A DNA stretch of 64,000 nt. Source: Polyangiaceae bacterium (lineage in GTDB: Bacteria > Myxococcota_A > Polyangia > Polyangiales > Polyangiaceae). Position 1 is the stretch's first letter, and the number at the start of each line of letters is the position of its first letter. This document shows positions 40,437 to 51,073 of the stretch, piece after piece. The stretch lies in assembly GCA_965222375.1 (NCBI GenBank), contig CBDCTZ010000016.1:1536001-1600000 (forward strand), given 5' to 3'. The notes below the pieces were generated by a model. It was not told where the DNA came from and did not search any database. It saw nothing but the letters and a program-made list of their open reading frames with translations. Both the position numbers and the translations under genes were made by a program.

Positions 40437-40612
40437 CGACCCACCCGCCTCCCGCGCCCCAACCCGAGAGTAGTGGCCCACTGTGCCCCACTGTCGCGAC
40501 CCCAAACCCAAATCCCAGACCTGAGATCTTCGGCTTCTGAACCGGCGGCCCTTGTGGTCGAAATCCTTCGCCCCTGTCGCCCGCCGCCAGCGTTCGCTAT
40601 ATGCGCTAGCGA
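40437..40612 (+). repeat. uvrA upstream region (type 2) with core repeat
   Basis: Near-identical to about 30890-31064. Confidence 0.8.
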
Positions 40613-40997
40613 ATGCTGCCCATCGAGCTCAAGGGTGCGCGGACGCACAATTTGAAAGGCGTGAGCCTCGACTTGGCTCCGGGCAAGTTGGTGGTGCTCA
40701 CCGGGATCAGTGGGGCGGGTAAGAGCAGCTTGGCGCTGGATACGTTGTATGCGGAGGGGCAGCGGCGCTTTGTCGAGAGCTTTTCGCCCTATGCGCGGCA
40801 GTTTCTCGAGCGGCTGGAGCGGCCGCCGATAGAGAGGCTCGAGCCCGTGGCTGCGGGCATCGCCGTGGATCGGCGTGCACCGGTGAAGAGCTCGCGTTCG
40901 ACGGTGGCGACGATGGCGGATCTGGAGCCGTACTTGTCGGCGTTGTTCACGCGGGAGGCGCATCCGGTGTGCCCGGACCACGATGCGGAAGGCGTGG
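40613..40997 (+). pseudogene. uvrA: uvrA 5' fragment D
   Basis: First ~128 codons of uvrA, near-identical; ORF closes at 41035. Confidence 0.9.
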
Positions 40998-41001
40998 TCG
41001 G

Positions 41002-41100
41002 TGTGCTGAGGGTTTCGTTGACGCAGACCTGCTGAGTTCTTCTTTGGGTTTGGGGGTCGGTTCGCGGGGGCGTTCTGGGCCACTACTCCCAAGCTGGGCC
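41002..41100 (-). repeat. Inverted core repeat after fragment D
   Basis: ctgagttcttctttgggtttgggggtcggttcgcggg...GGGCCACTACTCCC at 41077-41090. Confidence 0.75.
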
Positions 41101-41376
41101 AAGCCGCCTCCACTTCTTGTTGGGCGTTCGGTGCGCACAAAGTGGAATTCTCCGACTCCTGAGGGGCAGAGGAGGGGAGCGCGCCCACTCGGACTCCGGT
41201 AAGAGGTTGGCTCAAGATTCGCATTGAGGCGGGAAAGGCGGTCTTCGGATGATGTTCGTCATGAATCGTCGCCGCGAAGCGCCCCACGCCATGCCGCTCC
41301 ACCTGTGTGCAACTGGCCGATACTGTTCGGCATAACGGCGATTGCGCCAGACTTGCACAACTTCTGGTCCGCCGTA

Positions 41377-43488
41377 ATGAGCACGCCATCTTGCGCGAGC
41401 CACGCCAAGGATCCATCGTTTCTGACGCAACGAAATCCCGTTGCCAATCCCCACGGGGGTGATACATGCCAAGCAGCCAAGCAGCCAAGCAGTCGCGCGA
41501 CAACTGCGCGGGTAGCGGCGGGCCTACTACTAGTGGTGGCGGCGGTGAGTGCCGGCATCGCGTGTTCCGCTGAACAAGGTGAAGAAGGGAACGAGCCAGG
41601 GGTTGCGTCCAGCTCCCAGGCACTTTCTGAGTGTGTGGGGACGTTGCATGAGCGCACCCTTGCTCTGCCCTACTCGAAGCGCATCGCTACGATTCGCACT
41701 TGCGTCAAGCCACCGCCTCAGCAACTCGAAGTAGACTGGGTCGTGGGCGGCAAGGTTGTGGACCCCGTCAGCGAGTGGCGGAAGAACTACGAGGCGTTCG
41801 CGACCATTCATCACAAGCTGGATCCCGCCATCGCTGCCACGGCGTCGGGCGAAGTCGACGTGGATGTCTGGTTCGCCATCGACGAGCGAGACCTTCCCTC
41901 CAAGGAAGTGCTGCTCAACGATTCGGGCGCCCGCGTCGCGGCCCAGACGACTCGGGATGCGCGGACCTCCGCGACGGCGAGCGCGCTTCGAAATGAGATC
42001 TCGACTCGCATTCCCACGGCGGTGTTCGCGCCACCTCTGGCTCGGCCCATCCCACGGCTGACGCTGCGCGTGCCCGCCACAGCCCTGCCGCTGTTGGGCC
42101 AGTCCGACGAGGTCGTCCGGGTCATGCCCGCCGCCGACCATGAAAAGGAAGTACTCCAGTCCGAGAACTACATTCAGTTGGGGCTATTCGACACCTTGGC
42201 CGCGTTCGGTTGGACCGGCAGCGGCATCACCGTAGCCATGCTCGAGGGAGCTCAGCCCGACAGCTATGCCAATCTGAATGGTGTGCCAACCGGTGGCGTG
42301 TGCGGAGGGAGTTTCCTCTGCGCGTGCTCATCGGGCAGCACCGACTGGCACATGCGCGCAACGATGGGAATCGTACGAAACTCCGTCACGGTCTGGGGTG
42401 GCGCTGCCAGCGCCGTCACCACGCTGCCCGCAAACTGGGCCGGAGGCACGTGCACGTTGAGCGGTTCCGCGGTCTGGGCACTCAACAATGGCGCGAGCGT
42501 CATCAACCGCAGTGCGTGCGGTTCCCCAGGCAGCCCGCAGACTGGCACGGACCTCTACTTGGACTACCTGGCCACACAAGGCCCGTGGCCGACGATCACA
42601 GGTGTCACCGGCAACAACTCGCCCACGCCAGCTCGAAGCTGCATGAACCTGCACAACGGCCTGGTGGTCGGCGCTGCGAACGACAATGGCTCCGCGCTGC
42701 GAACCAACGCAACAATGTCCCCCGCGAGCCAGACGGCCAACTGGGGCGGCGCATCGGGGTGGGAGCTGCCCCACGTCGTGGCGCCAGGCACCCAAATCGA
42801 CAGTGCAGACGAACTGCCCGGTCAGATTGAACTGATAGGGAATGGCAATGGCTGGTCCAGCTATGCCGCGCCCCAGGTCGCCGCGGTCGCGGCGGCCGCC
42901 CACCAGGCAAATATCGCAATCAAGGGTTGGCCAGAAGTCTTCATTCCCGCGGTCCTGGTGGGCGCTGACGAGAATGTTGACCAGGCCATGGGCGGCGTCT
43001 TTCCGCTCGACCTGAGCGACACCATCGACGATCGGGATGGCGCCGGGCTCCTGAACGGCTGGGTCACGACTGCGGTGCTCACCGCTGGCAACAAGCGGGA
43101 TGGCGGCAACTCGCCGTCTCCCGTGGGTCACGACTACGGCACGCTGACGCTGACTTCCAATGGCTGGTACCCGGAGTTCTACACGGCTCGCGTGCAACCC
43201 GGGCAGTGGCTACGGGTCGCCGCACACGCGATGGCGAACGTCACCTGCGGTGCGCCCGCAAACGAGACTAATTGCACGGGCACGGCACTGCCGATGTTCT
43301 CCCTCTACGCTGGGTCCAGCGTCAACTACCCCCAATTCGTAGGCTACAGCGCCAATCCAAACCAGACCTATCAGTACACCGCGGTTCAGAACACCACTGC
43401 GAGCGTGATGGACTTCACCATCGCAATCTACCAGTACCAGAGTTCAATCTCATACAGCACCTTCGGTCTGACGTGGGTCGCACAGTGA
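41377..43488 (+). CDS. S8 subtilase-like serine protease, copy 2 (start uncertain)
   Basis: Near-identical paralog of 25748-27703; the RBS-linked ATG at 41466 is out of frame. Confidence 0.8.
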   Translation: MSTPSCASHAKDPSFLTQRNPVANPHGGDTCQAAKQPSSRATTARVAAGLLLVVAAVSAGIACSAEQGEEGNEPGVASSSQALSECVGTLHERTLALPYSKRIATIRTCVKPPPQQLEVDWVVGGKVVDPVSEWRKNYEAFATIHHKLDPAIAATASGEVDVDVWFAIDERDLPSKEVLLNDSGARVAAQTTRDARTSATASALRNEISTRIPTAVFAPPLARPIPRLTLRVPATALPLLGQSDEVVRVMPAADHEKEVLQSENYIQLGLFDTLAAFGWTGSGITVAMLEGAQPDSYANLNGVPTGGVCGGSFLCACSSGSTDWHMRATMGIVRNSVTVWGGAASAVTTLPANWAGGTCTLSGSAVWALNNGASVINRSACGSPGSPQTGTDLYLDYLATQGPWPTITGVTGNNSPTPARSCMNLHNGLVVGAANDNGSALRTNATMSPASQTANWGGASGWELPHVVAPGTQIDSADELPGQIELIGNGNGWSSYAAPQVAAVAAAAHQANIAIKGWPEVFIPAVLVGADENVDQAMGGVFPLDLSDTIDDRDGAGLLNGWVTTAVLTAGNKRDGGNSPSPVGHDYGTLTLTSNGWYPEFYTARVQPGQWLRVAAHAMANVTCGAPANETNCTGTALPMFSLYAGSSVNYPQFVGYSANPNQTYQYTAVQNTTASVMDFTIAIYQYQSSISYSTFGLTWVAQ
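41469..41492 (+). repeat. (CCAAGCAG)3 tandem repeat directly after ATG 41466
   Basis: Identical to 25687-25710. Confidence 0.9.
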
Positions 43489-43495
43489 GAGGCGA

Positions 43496-44065
43496 ATGAT
43501 GAAGCAACGATTGACATATCTGGTTTTTCTCGTGCCGGTGGCTGCTCACATCATTGTGTCGGCATGCGCCAAGGACGAGGGGGAGCGCAAACCCGACTCG
43601 GGCGCGGCGGGAAGCGCGGGCATGGACGGCTCCGCTGGGTCAGCGGGAGATGCTGCGACGGGCATCGACGCCACCCTCGACGGTGGTGCCGATGCCCAGC
43701 CCGACAGCGACGCATGCCCGCCCTACGACTTGAAAAGCTACGACGGGAGCACCGATGGGCTGTGTCCCGCGGAAGAGAACACCGGTTGCTTCTGCTTCGA
43801 GCTGACGCAAGGAGGAGGAATCGAGTGTGATCCGAACGGAGCGGGTTGCGTGCTCATTCCTTCAAACTGCGACCGCTGCGGCTGGCTCGACTGCACATCC
43901 TACACGGCCAAGTGCGCAGCAGTGTATGCGGAGTCAGAAACTGAGAAGGCGAAGCAGGCGACACCACGCTACCCCTGCGTGAGCGATAGCGACTGCTCTG
44001 CCCCGCTCACGGGGCCGTTTTGCAACGACCGCATCGGCAACCGCATGTTCTGCGGCGAGCCCTGA
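43496..44065 (+). CDS. Cys-rich lipoprotein, paralog 3
   Basis: VSAC lipobox; same scaffold as paralogs 1 and 2 with a divergent C-terminus. Confidence 0.8.
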   Translation: MMKQRLTYLVFLVPVAAHIIVSACAKDEGERKPDSGAAGSAGMDGSAGSAGDAATGIDATLDGGADAQPDSDACPPYDLKSYDGSTDGLCPAEENTGCFCFELTQGGGIECDPNGAGCVLIPSNCDRCGWLDCTSYTAKCAAVYAESETEKAKQATPRYPCVSDSDCSAPLTGPFCNDRIGNRMFCGEP

Positions 44066-44435
44066 CGCACGTTGTTCGGCCGTCCGAAGTGCGCAGCGCT
44101 ACGGAACGCGACTCGCCGAGCACAACGGCCGCCTTGCGATTCAGTCACGTACAAGGAGGTGCAGCCGGTATCGGCAATCCACGTTCTGCGAAGCCGGAGC
44201 AAGCCGCTCCGCGGCGGACCGCCGCGACGCAGCGCTGAACCCGAGTCCCCGCAGGAGCGCCAAAGCGAGGCGGCGCCAGTCACCCGCCAAGCGCGGCCGA
44301 AGGCGGGAGTAGTGGCCCTGTCTGCACCAGGCCCGCGACCCCCAATTCCCAATCCCCAGCGACGGCACGCACTTCTCCAGTGTGCCGTTCTTCGGGTCCA
44401 GCGCTGCCGAGTGTACGGGGGGTGCGGAGTGCGAA

Positions 44436-44463
44436 GTTGAGAGTTTGTATACCAACTCTCAAC
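44436..44463. promoter_or_regulatory. 28-bp near-perfect palindrome upstream of uvrA
   Basis: GTTGAGAGTTTGTATACCAACTCTCAAC; second copy at 29380-29407. Function unknown. Confidence 0.5.
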
Positions 44464-44611
44464 CCGCGGGGATGTGGGGTGCCACACGCCCGGCTTGGCG
44501 AGCCGCCCGGGATGGCGGACCGTGCGCGGGCTGATCGCCGTAGCGCACTCCGCACCCCAGATCGCGCGCCCCCTGTCGCCCGCCGCCAGCGTTCGCTATA
44601 TGCGCTAGCGA

Positions 44612-47600
44612 ATGCTGCCCATCGAGCTCAAGGGTGCGCGGACGCACAATTTGAAAGGCGTGAGCCTCGACTTGGCTCCGGGCAAGCTGGTGGTGCTCAC
44701 TGGGGTCAGTGGGGCGGGTAAGAGCAGTTTGGCGCTGGATACGTTGTACGCGGAGGGGCAGCGGCGCTTTGTCGAGAGCTTTTCGCCCTACGCGCGGCAG
44801 TTTCTCGAGCGGCTGGAGCGGCCGCCGATGGAGAGGCTCGAGCCCGTGGCTGCGGGCATCGCCGTGGATCGGCGTGCACCGGTGAAGAGCTCGCGTTCGA
44901 CGGTGGCGACGATGGCGGATCTGGAGCCGTACTTGTCGGCGTTGTTCACGCGGGAGGCGCAGCCGGTGTGCCCGGAGCACGATGCGGAAGGCGTGGAGCT
45001 GGACGTGCAGGGCGCTGCAGGACGCGTGCTCTCTCATGGACACGGCCAGCGCGCGGTGATCACCTACCCGCTTTCGATCCGCGACGCAGAGCACTACCTC
45101 GAAGTGCGTGAGCAGCTGGCGGCGGACGGCTATCGGCGCTTGTGGCTCGAGGGCAAGGCGCGGGATATCGATTCGGTCAAACCGTCGGAAGTGCTGAGCC
45201 ATACCGCCGCACACGTCGTTGTGGATCGGCTGCAGCTCGAGCCCAGCGCTCGAAAGCGCGTGGCGCAAAGCGTGGAGCAAGCCTTCGAGCGCTCTGACGG
45301 CGCCGCCCACGTGCACGGAGTCGATTTGTCGCTCACGTTGCATCGCGGGATTTCGTGTCCTGAATGCGCCCGCGACCTCGAGCCTCCGCGCGCAGGGCTG
45401 TTCTCCTACGAATCGCCACTGGGTGCGTGCCCCGAGTGCCGCGGGTTCGGCCGCACCATCGGGATCGATTGGCACAAGGTCGTGCCCGACCCGAGCAAGA
45501 CGCTCAAGGGGCGCGCGATCCGCCCTTGGGCCGGCAAGAGCACGTCCTGGGAACGCACTCAACTGAACAAGTTGTGTCGGCGCCACGACATCCCGCTGGA
45601 CGTGCCGTGGGACAAACTCACCTCGCGCCAGCAGGCCATCGTCATGGAGGGTGATGGCGGTTGGGACGAGGGCACCTTTCCGGGCGTGCGTGGATGGTTC
45701 GCGTATTTGGAGACGCGCACCTACAAGATGCACGTGCGGGTGCTGCTCGCGCGCTATCGCTCCTACGATCGCTGCGCGGTGTGCAAGGGACAGCGCCTCA
45801 ACGAGCGTGCTCTGTCCTATCGCGTGGGTGGGCTCAACATCGCCCAGTGGCATGCCCTGGAAATCTCTGCGGGCTGCACGAAGATCGAGCGGATCCAAAC
45901 CCGCACGGGGCAGGGCGAGTTCGCACGCCGCGAGATGGCGTCGCGATTGAACTACCTGAACCGCGTTGGCCTCGGTTACCTGACCCTGGATCGCCAAGCC
46001 CGCACTCTCTCGGGCGGCGAGGCCCAGCGCGTCACTCTGACGGCTGCTCTGGGCACTACTCTGTGCAACGCGCTCTTCGTGTTGGACGAACCCACGGTGG
46101 GGCTACATCCTTCGGACGTTCCGCCCTTGGTCGACGTGTTGCGCGAACTTTCGCGCCGCAACAACGCGGTGCTCGTGGTGGAACACGATCCCGCGCTGAT
46201 TCGCGAGGCTGATCGGGTGGTGGAGCTCGGGCCCGGCGCGGGCGACGCCGGTGGCCAGCTTGCCTTCGACGGCACGCCGGACGACGTGGCTTCCCGTGGC
46301 GGCGCTACGGCGCGTGCTTTGGCGCGCCATCCGCGAACTGGGCGCCCCCGCAAGGCCAATGAGTTCCTGCGGATCAAAGGCGCGCGTGCCAACAACCTAC
46401 GCAACGTCAGCGTGAAGGTGCCCCTCGGCGTGGTGTGCGCCATCGCCGGGCCTAGTGGATCTGGCAAGAGCACCCTCGCGGAAGACATCGTGTACCGCAG
46501 CCTCGCGCGCCACTTCGGAGCCTTCGATGTCGAGCTCCCTGGCGAGCATGACGCCCTCGATGGCCTCGACACGCTCCGCAAAGTCGTGCTCGTCAATCAA
46601 GCACCCCTCGGCCGCACCTCTCGCGGCAACGCTGGCACCTACACCAAAGCCTGGGACGCAATCCGCGCCGCCTACGCCGCCGAGCCCGAAGCCCAAGCCC
46701 GCGGCCTCACCGCGTCGCACTTCTCCTTCAACGTCGAGGGCGGCCGCTGTGACACTTGCGCCGGCGAGGGCCACGAGACTGTCGAGATGCAGTTCTTGGC
46801 GGATGTCACGCTCACGTGCCCCGTCTGCAGGGGCTTGCGCTTCAAAGAGACGGTGCTGTCGGTGCAGCACCGCGGGCTGAGCATTGCCGACGTGCTGAGC
46901 GCGACCATCGATCAAGTGCTCGAACGCTACGCCGACTCGACGCCCGTGCTGCGCGCTCTCGGCCCGGTGTCGAAGCTCGGATTGGGCTACCTGCGCTTGG
47001 GGCAACCCTTGAGCACGCTCTCGGGGGGCGAAGCGCAGCGGCTCAAGTTGGCTCGCGCCCTTGCGGACAACAACGCGGGTGCCCTCTATGTGCTCGACGA
47101 ACCCAGCGCGGGGCTCCACGCCGACGAAGTGAGCCATGTGCTTTCTGCCATCGACGCCATCGTGAAGAGCGGGGGCAGCGTGATGGTCGTCGATCACGAC
47201 ATACAACTCATCGCCGCGGCGGATTGGGTCGTCGACTTGGGCCCGGGTGCGGGTCGCGATGGTGGCAAGATCGTCTTCGAGGGCACGCCGCGCCAGTTGG
47301 AGCGCGCCGACACCTTGACCGGCCTCGCCTTGGCCGAAAGCGTGCGCGCCAAAGAAGGCGTGACGGATCCCGAACCGCCGCCGCAGCTCGGGCTGCGCGT
47401 CGAAAACGCCCGCGAGCACAACCTCAAGGAGCTCAGCATCGAGATCCCGCACCAGGCGCTCTCGGTCGTGACCGGGCCAAGCGGTTCCGGCAAGAGCACC
47501 CTGGCCTTCGACGTGGTGTTCGCCGAGGGCCAGCGCCGCTTCCTGGAAACCCTGACGCCCTACGCGCGACAGTTCTTACCCACCTTGCCCCGCCCGGACG

Positions 47601-49924
47601 TGGACTCGGTCAGCGGCGTGCCGCCCTCCATTGCTCTGGAACAGCGCACCACCCGCGCCGGCGGCAAGTCCACGGTCGCGACCGTAACGGAGGTCGCTCA
47701 CTACTTTCGCCTGCTCTTCGCGAAGCTAGGTACGCCCCATTGTCCCGATCACCATGAACCCATCACGGCTAGCTCCGACGCCACCCTCTTCGACGCCGTG
47801 CGCAAGCGCCGCGGAAAAGTGACCTTGCTCGCTCCCGTGGTACGCGCCCGCAAGGGCCTCTACTACGACGTGTTCACGGCCGCCGCTCGCGACGGCATCG
47901 AACTGGCTTACTGCGATGGCGAACTGGTCGCCACGGATGTGCCGCCCACGCTCAAGCGCAACAAAGAACACACCATCGATCTGGTCTTGGCCCAAGGCGC
48001 AGCCGCCAAGAGCTTCGACGACGCACTGCTATCTCGAGCTTTGCGGTGGGGCCAGGGCGGCCTGAAATTGCGCGACAGTCGCGGCCACGAAACGTTGCTC
48101 TCGATGCTCAGCGCCTGCCCGGCGTGCGGTTTTTCGGTGCCGGAGTTGGACCCGCGCTGGTTTTCTTTCAACACCGCCCAAGGGCGTTGCAAAAGCTGCA
48201 ACGGCGAAGGCGTGATCAGCGACGCGCCCAAGCGACGGGGGCGCCGTCGAAAAAAGAAGAAGAAAAAGAAGAAGGTTGTTGGGAATGGCAACAGAGCTGA
48301 ACTGGAGACTCTCGCACCCTGTCCGGAGTGTGCCGGGTCGCGTCTGTCCCCGATCCCCCGCGCCGTACGCCTCTTCGATCACTCCTACGCCGACGTCGTC
48401 AACGAATCCGTTTCCGCCGCGCTGGCGAAAATCAAGAAGTGGAAGCTCAAGGGCGACGCAAAGACCATCGGAAAACCCATTCTGAGCGAGTTAGTCGATC
48501 GACTAACTTTTCTCGAACAGGTCGGTTTGGACTACCTGAGCCTGGATCGAGCCGCTGCCACGCTTTCTGGCGGCGAAATGCAGCGCTTGCGCCTCGCGGC
48601 GCAGTTGGGCGCGGGTCTCACCGGCGCTCTGTATGTACTCGATGAGCCCACGATCGGATTGCACCCGCGAGACACCGGTCGCCTGTTGGGCAACCTTCGC
48701 AACTTGGTCGATCTCGGTTCGACGGTGGTCGTGGTCGAACACGACGCCGACACGATCCGCGCGGCGGATCACCTGGTGGATCTCGGTCCCGGGGGCGGCG
48801 CTCGGGGCGGCGAAGTCGTCGCTGCAGGCAAGCCCGAGGACGTGCTCGAGCTGACCCAATCGCCGACCGCACGTGCCCTCTCGAATGAGCCAGAACTGCG
48901 CGCGTCTCGCCCGATCCCAAAAGGACACCCGATGCTCCAATTGACTGGCGCCGCGGAGCACAACCTGCGAAATGTGACCTCCCAGTTCCCGATCGGGCGC
49001 ATGAGCGTCGTGGCCGGAGTCAGCGGCTCGGGCAAGAGCACGCTGGTGCGCCAAGTTCTGCTACCTGCGCTGCGCGAGCAGTTGGGACTAGTCACCGAAC
49101 CTCCTGGAGCCTTCAAGAAGCTCACGGGCTACGAGCGACTGCACCGCGCGGTTGCCGTGGACCAATCACCCATTGGGCGCACGCCCCGCTCGGTCCCCGC
49201 GACCTTCCTCGGGATCTGGGACACGCTTCGCAAGATCTACGCCGCGACCCCGGACGCAAAGATGGCCGGCTTCGACGCGGCGCGCTTCTCCTTCAACACG
49301 CCTCGGGGTGGACGCTGCCCCGAGTGCCAAGGTCAGGGCGTGATCAATCACGAGATGAGCTTTCTGCCCGACGTCACGACGGCGTGCCCGGTATGCGAGG
49401 GCACCCGCTTCGAGCCCCAGACCTTGGACGTGCGCTACCTCGGCTACAATGCGGGCGAGCTACTCCAGCTCACCGCCGAACAAGCCGCAGCGCTGTATGT
49501 GAACCACCGAGACATCGCGGGCCCGCTCCAGACCCTCGTGGATCTCGGCGCCGGCTACATCTGCCTGGGCCAAGGCTCCCACACCCTCAGCGGCGGCGAG
49601 GCGCAGCGCCTCAAGCTTGCAGCCGAACTCACCGCAAGCGTGCGCCACCAGCCGACCCTCTACGTCTTAGATGAACCCACCACGGGTCTGCACCTGGCCG
49701 ACGTCGCCAAGCTCGTCGGCGTCTTGGACCGCCTCGTCGAGCGCGGCGACACCTTGATCGTGATCGAGCATCACCCCGAGGTCATCGCGGGGGCCGACTA
49801 CGTGCTCGAACTCGGCCCGGAGGGTGGAGCGCGAGGCGGACGGGTGGTTGCGCGGGGTGCGCCGCGGGATGTGGCGAAGAAGAAGACGGCTACCGCGGAA
49901 GTATTGCGGCGTTTCGCTCTGTGA
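44612..49924 (+). CDS. uvrA: Excinuclease ABC subunit A, double-length form
   Basis: 1770 aa; four Walker A motifs ([16 protein letters not shown] x2, GVSGSGKS), four LSGGE.QR and LDEP motifs, Zn fingers. Confidence 0.95.
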   Translation: MLPIELKGARTHNLKGVSLDLAPGKLVVLTGVSGAGKSSLALDTLYAEGQRRFVESFSPYARQFLERLERPPMERLEPVAAGIAVDRRAPVKSSRSTVATMADLEPYLSALFTREAQPVCPEHDAEGVELDVQGAAGRVLSHGHGQRAVITYPLSIRDAEHYLEVREQLAADGYRRLWLEGKARDIDSVKPSEVLSHTAAHVVVDRLQLEPSARKRVAQSVEQAFERSDGAAHVHGVDLSLTLHRGISCPECARDLEPPRAGLFSYESPLGACPECRGFGRTIGIDWHKVVPDPSKTLKGRAIRPWAGKSTSWERTQLNKLCRRHDIPLDVPWDKLTSRQQAIVMEGDGGWDEGTFPGVRGWFAYLETRTYKMHVRVLLARYRSYDRCAVCKGQRLNERALSYRVGGLNIAQWHALEISAGCTKIERIQTRTGQGEFARREMASRLNYLNRVGLGYLTLDRQARTLSGGEAQRVTLTAALGTTLCNALFVLDEPTVGLHPSDVPPLVDVLRELSRRNNAVLVVEHDPALIREADRVVELGPGAGDAGGQLAFDGTPDDVASRGGATARALARHPRTGRPRKANEFLRIKGARANNLRNVSVKVPLGVVCAIAGPSGSGKSTLAEDIVYRSLARHFGAFDVELPGEHDALDGLDTLRKVVLVNQAPLGRTSRGNAGTYTKAWDAIRAAYAAEPEAQARGLTASHFSFNVEGGRCDTCAGEGHETVEMQFLADVTLTCPVCRGLRFKETVLSVQHRGLSIADVLSATIDQVLERYADSTPVLRALGPVSKLGLGYLRLGQPLSTLSGGEAQRLKLARALADNNAGALYVLDEPSAGLHADEVSHVLSAIDAIVKSGGSVMVVDHDIQLIAAADWVVDLGPGAGRDGGKIVFEGTPRQLERADTLTGLALAESVRAKEGVTDPEPPPQLGLRVENAREHNLKELSIEIPHQALSVVTGPSGSGKSTLAFDVVFAEGQRRFLETLTPYARQFLPTLPRPDVDSVSGVPPSIALEQRTTRAGGKSTVATVTEVAHYFRLLFAKLGTPHCPDHHEPITASSDATLFDAVRKRRGKVTLLAPVVRARKGLYYDVFTAAARDGIELAYCDGELVATDVPPTLKRNKEHTIDLVLAQGAAAKSFDDALLSRALRWGQGGLKLRDSRGHETLLSMLSACPACGFSVPELDPRWFSFNTAQGRCKSCNGEGVISDAPKRRGRRRKKKKKKKKVVGNGNRAELETLAPCPECAGSRLSPIPRAVRLFDHSYADVVNESVSAALAKIKKWKLKGDAKTIGKPILSELVDRLTFLEQVGLDYLSLDRAAATLSGGEMQRLRLAAQLGAGLTGALYVLDEPTIGLHPRDTGRLLGNLRNLVDLGSTVVVVEHDADTIRAADHLVDLGPGGGARGGEVVAAGKPEDVLELTQSPTARALSNEPELRASRPIPKGHPMLQLTGAAEHNLRNVTSQFPIGRMSVVAGVSGSGKSTLVRQVLLPALREQLGLVTEPPGAFKKLTGYERLHRAVAVDQSPIGRTPRSVPATFLGIWDTLRKIYAATPDAKMAGFDAARFSFNTPRGGRCPECQGQGVINHEMSFLPDVTTACPVCEGTRFEPQTLDVRYLGYNAGELLQLTAEQAAALYVNHRDIAGPLQTLVDLGAGYICLGQGSHTLSGGEAQRLKLAAELTASVRHQPTLYVLDEPTTGLHLADVAKLVGVLDRLVERGDTLIVIEHHPEVIAGADYVLELGPEGGARGGRVVARGAPRDVAKKKTATAEVLRRFAL

Positions 49925-50159
49925 CGTTCGCGTGCTCGGAGCTTCTCTGGATGGGACGTACCGGTGGATCCAGCCCAGGAAGTACGCTTGGATCGTTAGG
50001 AGTGGTGGGGTCGAGCTCTCGGCTGCTCTTCTGCTTCGTGTGGCAGCTGCACGCCCGATGCTGCATCATTCTTGCGTGGGGTTTGTAAGAAGGAGCAGCC
50101 TCGTCCGCACCGTCGATCGCGAAGGTAGTGCGTTCTCGACGGCTCGAGTGCACGGGTTG

Positions 50160-50603
50160 ATGATTCTCATGGTTGGTGCAGTGCTCGGCTGCGGAGGCGA
50201 AGTGGCTCGAAGTGGCGACGTTCCCGCGGATGCCGGTTTGGAGCGTGATTCCGGAATTTGGTTGTTGGACGTTGGCGCGGACCCTGTTGATGTTGGGTTC
50301 GGACCCTGCGGGGGTGAGATTCAGGAGGGGTGTGTCTGGACGAGACCGACCGCGCCCAACGGGCAACCGGCGCATTTGAACGCGGTTTCCATTCGGCTTC
50401 GCGATTCAGATGGTGAGGAAACCGTTTTGCTTCGAGTTGATGGCGCTGGCGCGTGCAGCAAGAAAGCGCTGGGTTGGTACGTGGACGTCGTTGACGGTGG
50501 ACCGGAGGTGCAGCTCGTTGCGTGTCCGGAAACCTGCGACGTGATCACCTCGAGCGGCCAGCAGGTCCTTCTGATCCCCGGGTGCGTCGATCCGAAACCA
50601 TAG
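50160..50603 (+). CDS. Small lipoprotein
   Basis: VLGC; C-terminal GWY...LVACPETC...PGC module. Confidence 0.55.
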   Translation: MILMVGAVLGCGGEVARSGDVPADAGLERDSGIWLLDVGADPVDVGFGPCGGEIQEGCVWTRPTAPNGQPAHLNAVSIRLRDSDGEETVLLRVDGAGACSKKALGWYVDVVDGGPEVQLVACPETCDVITSSGQQVLLIPGCVDPKP

Positions 50604-50642
50604 ACCGCGCCTTGAAGGCGGTCGTGGACACCCGCTCCGCTG

Positions 50643-51073
50643 TTACGTTCGTTTCTGAGTTTTCCTTGCACGAAGGGAGTCGCTACGGCGTCGACACCTC
50701 AGGCGGCGTTGAGCTGTTCGCCGCTGCTGAACGAGAGAGAGTGGGGAGTCTTCGCCACGGTCAACGGATAGGCCCACACCACATCTCGTCCACCCGGCCG
50801 GAACAAGAAGATGAGCCGCCGCTCGAGTTCATCGAGGATCTCCACGACGCACTCGAGGCGTATCTGCAGCCCCTCCACGATGTACTCGGGCGACATGGGT
50901 TTGGCCAAGCCAGGAAGTTCTCGCACCACGAAGTGGTGCAGACGTCGTTGTTCTTCGCTGAGCCCGCCGAGGCTCCGAGCCGTCTTCTTCGCTCCGGCCT
51001 TCATGGCGGTTCGGAACAGTGCTTGCGGAATCGGTAGCATGCGACGTTTGTATCCGAGCAGTACGGTTTCCAC
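50643..51073 (-). pseudogene. MerB (organomercurial lyase)-like protein with in-frame TGA (putative Sec), apparently 3'-truncated
   Basis: HTH-like N-terminus, then WAYPLTVAKTPHSL...GEQLNAA-TGA-GVDAVATPFVQG. Confidence 0.6.

Noticed and set aside
44459..45997. 512-aa minus-strand ORF and other long antisense ORFs (30249-31403, 40292-41623, 46397-47452)
   Set aside because: Shadow frames of uvrA and its fragments, expected at high GC; no protein motifs.
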